Assembly: GCA_002269645.1 (NCBI GenBank)
Contig: NIVC01000835.1
Span: 310,001 to 374,000 of the forward strand
Length of the DNA: 64,000 bases
Direction: 5' to 3'
From: Macrostomum lignano
Lineage: Eukaryota
Part shown: in pieces, positions 63,635 through 64,000 of the stretch
Position numbering within the stretch: position 1 is the stretch's first letter
Layout of the letters: every line of letters begins with the position of its first letter
Notes under the pieces: generated by a model
The model's input: the letters and a program-made list of their open reading frames with translations, nothing else
Told to the model about the DNA's origin: nothing
Database searches by the model: none
Made by a program: the position numbers and the translations under genes

Positions 63635-64000
63635 TTGTGGGATAGGATATGTGTAGGATGGGATATTTCAAGGATGGGTTATTTGTAGAATGGGATATTT
63701 GTAGGATGGGATATTTGTAGGATGGGATATTTGTAGGATGGGATATTTGTAGGATGGGATATTTGAAGGATGGGATATTTGTAGGATGGGATATTTGTAG
63801 GATGGGGTATTTGAAGGATAGGATATTTGTAAAATGCGATATTTGTAGAATGGGATATTTGTAGGATGGGGTATTTGTAGGGATGGGATATTTGTAGGAT
63901 GGGGTATTTGTAGGATGGGGTATTTGAAGGATAGGATATTTGTAAAATGCGATATTTGTAGAATGGGATATTTGTTGGATGGGGTATTTGTATGATGGGA
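63635..64000. repeat. 16-bp tandem repeat running off the window end
   Basis: Unit GGATGGGATATTTGTA. Confidence 0.92.

Overview
Eukaryotic (animal) genomic DNA, not prokaryotic. It has GT-AG spliced genes, a hunchback gene (protostome family) and a TTAGGG-type interstitial repeat. Together these point to a spiralian; a free-living flatworm such as Macrostomum is my inference, not proven. I assembled four spliced genes by hand, all on the minus strand, with phase-consistent exons. (1) An SLC10/sodium:bile-acid-symporter-family transporter, 4688-9967, possibly extended to 11387. (2) A compact six-finger hunchback, 17450-20994. (3) A zfh1/ZEB zinc-finger-homeodomain gene, 30682-46054, with one frame break that needs a 56-nt intron or is a 1-bp error. 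(4) A 5'-incomplete gene encoding a WW-like domain, a long coiled coil and a degenerate CAP-Gly domain, 56941 to at least 63619. Mobile DNA: a decayed RTE-like LINE fragment, a 1.3-kb non-autonomous hAT element with a perfect 8-bp TSD, three copies of a tRNA-derived SINE, and several MITE-like relics. Roughly a quarter of the window (about 17 kb by my sum) is about 27 unrelated tandem arrays, which explain most long ORFs in the track. The most unusual signals are intronic arrays whose units are built from splice signals on the sense strand, a roughly 45-copy AP-1 site array upstream of zfh1, the hb-zfh1 tandem linkage, and the WW/coiled-coil/CAP-Gly architecture. No CRISPR array, rRNA or intact tRNA was seen.
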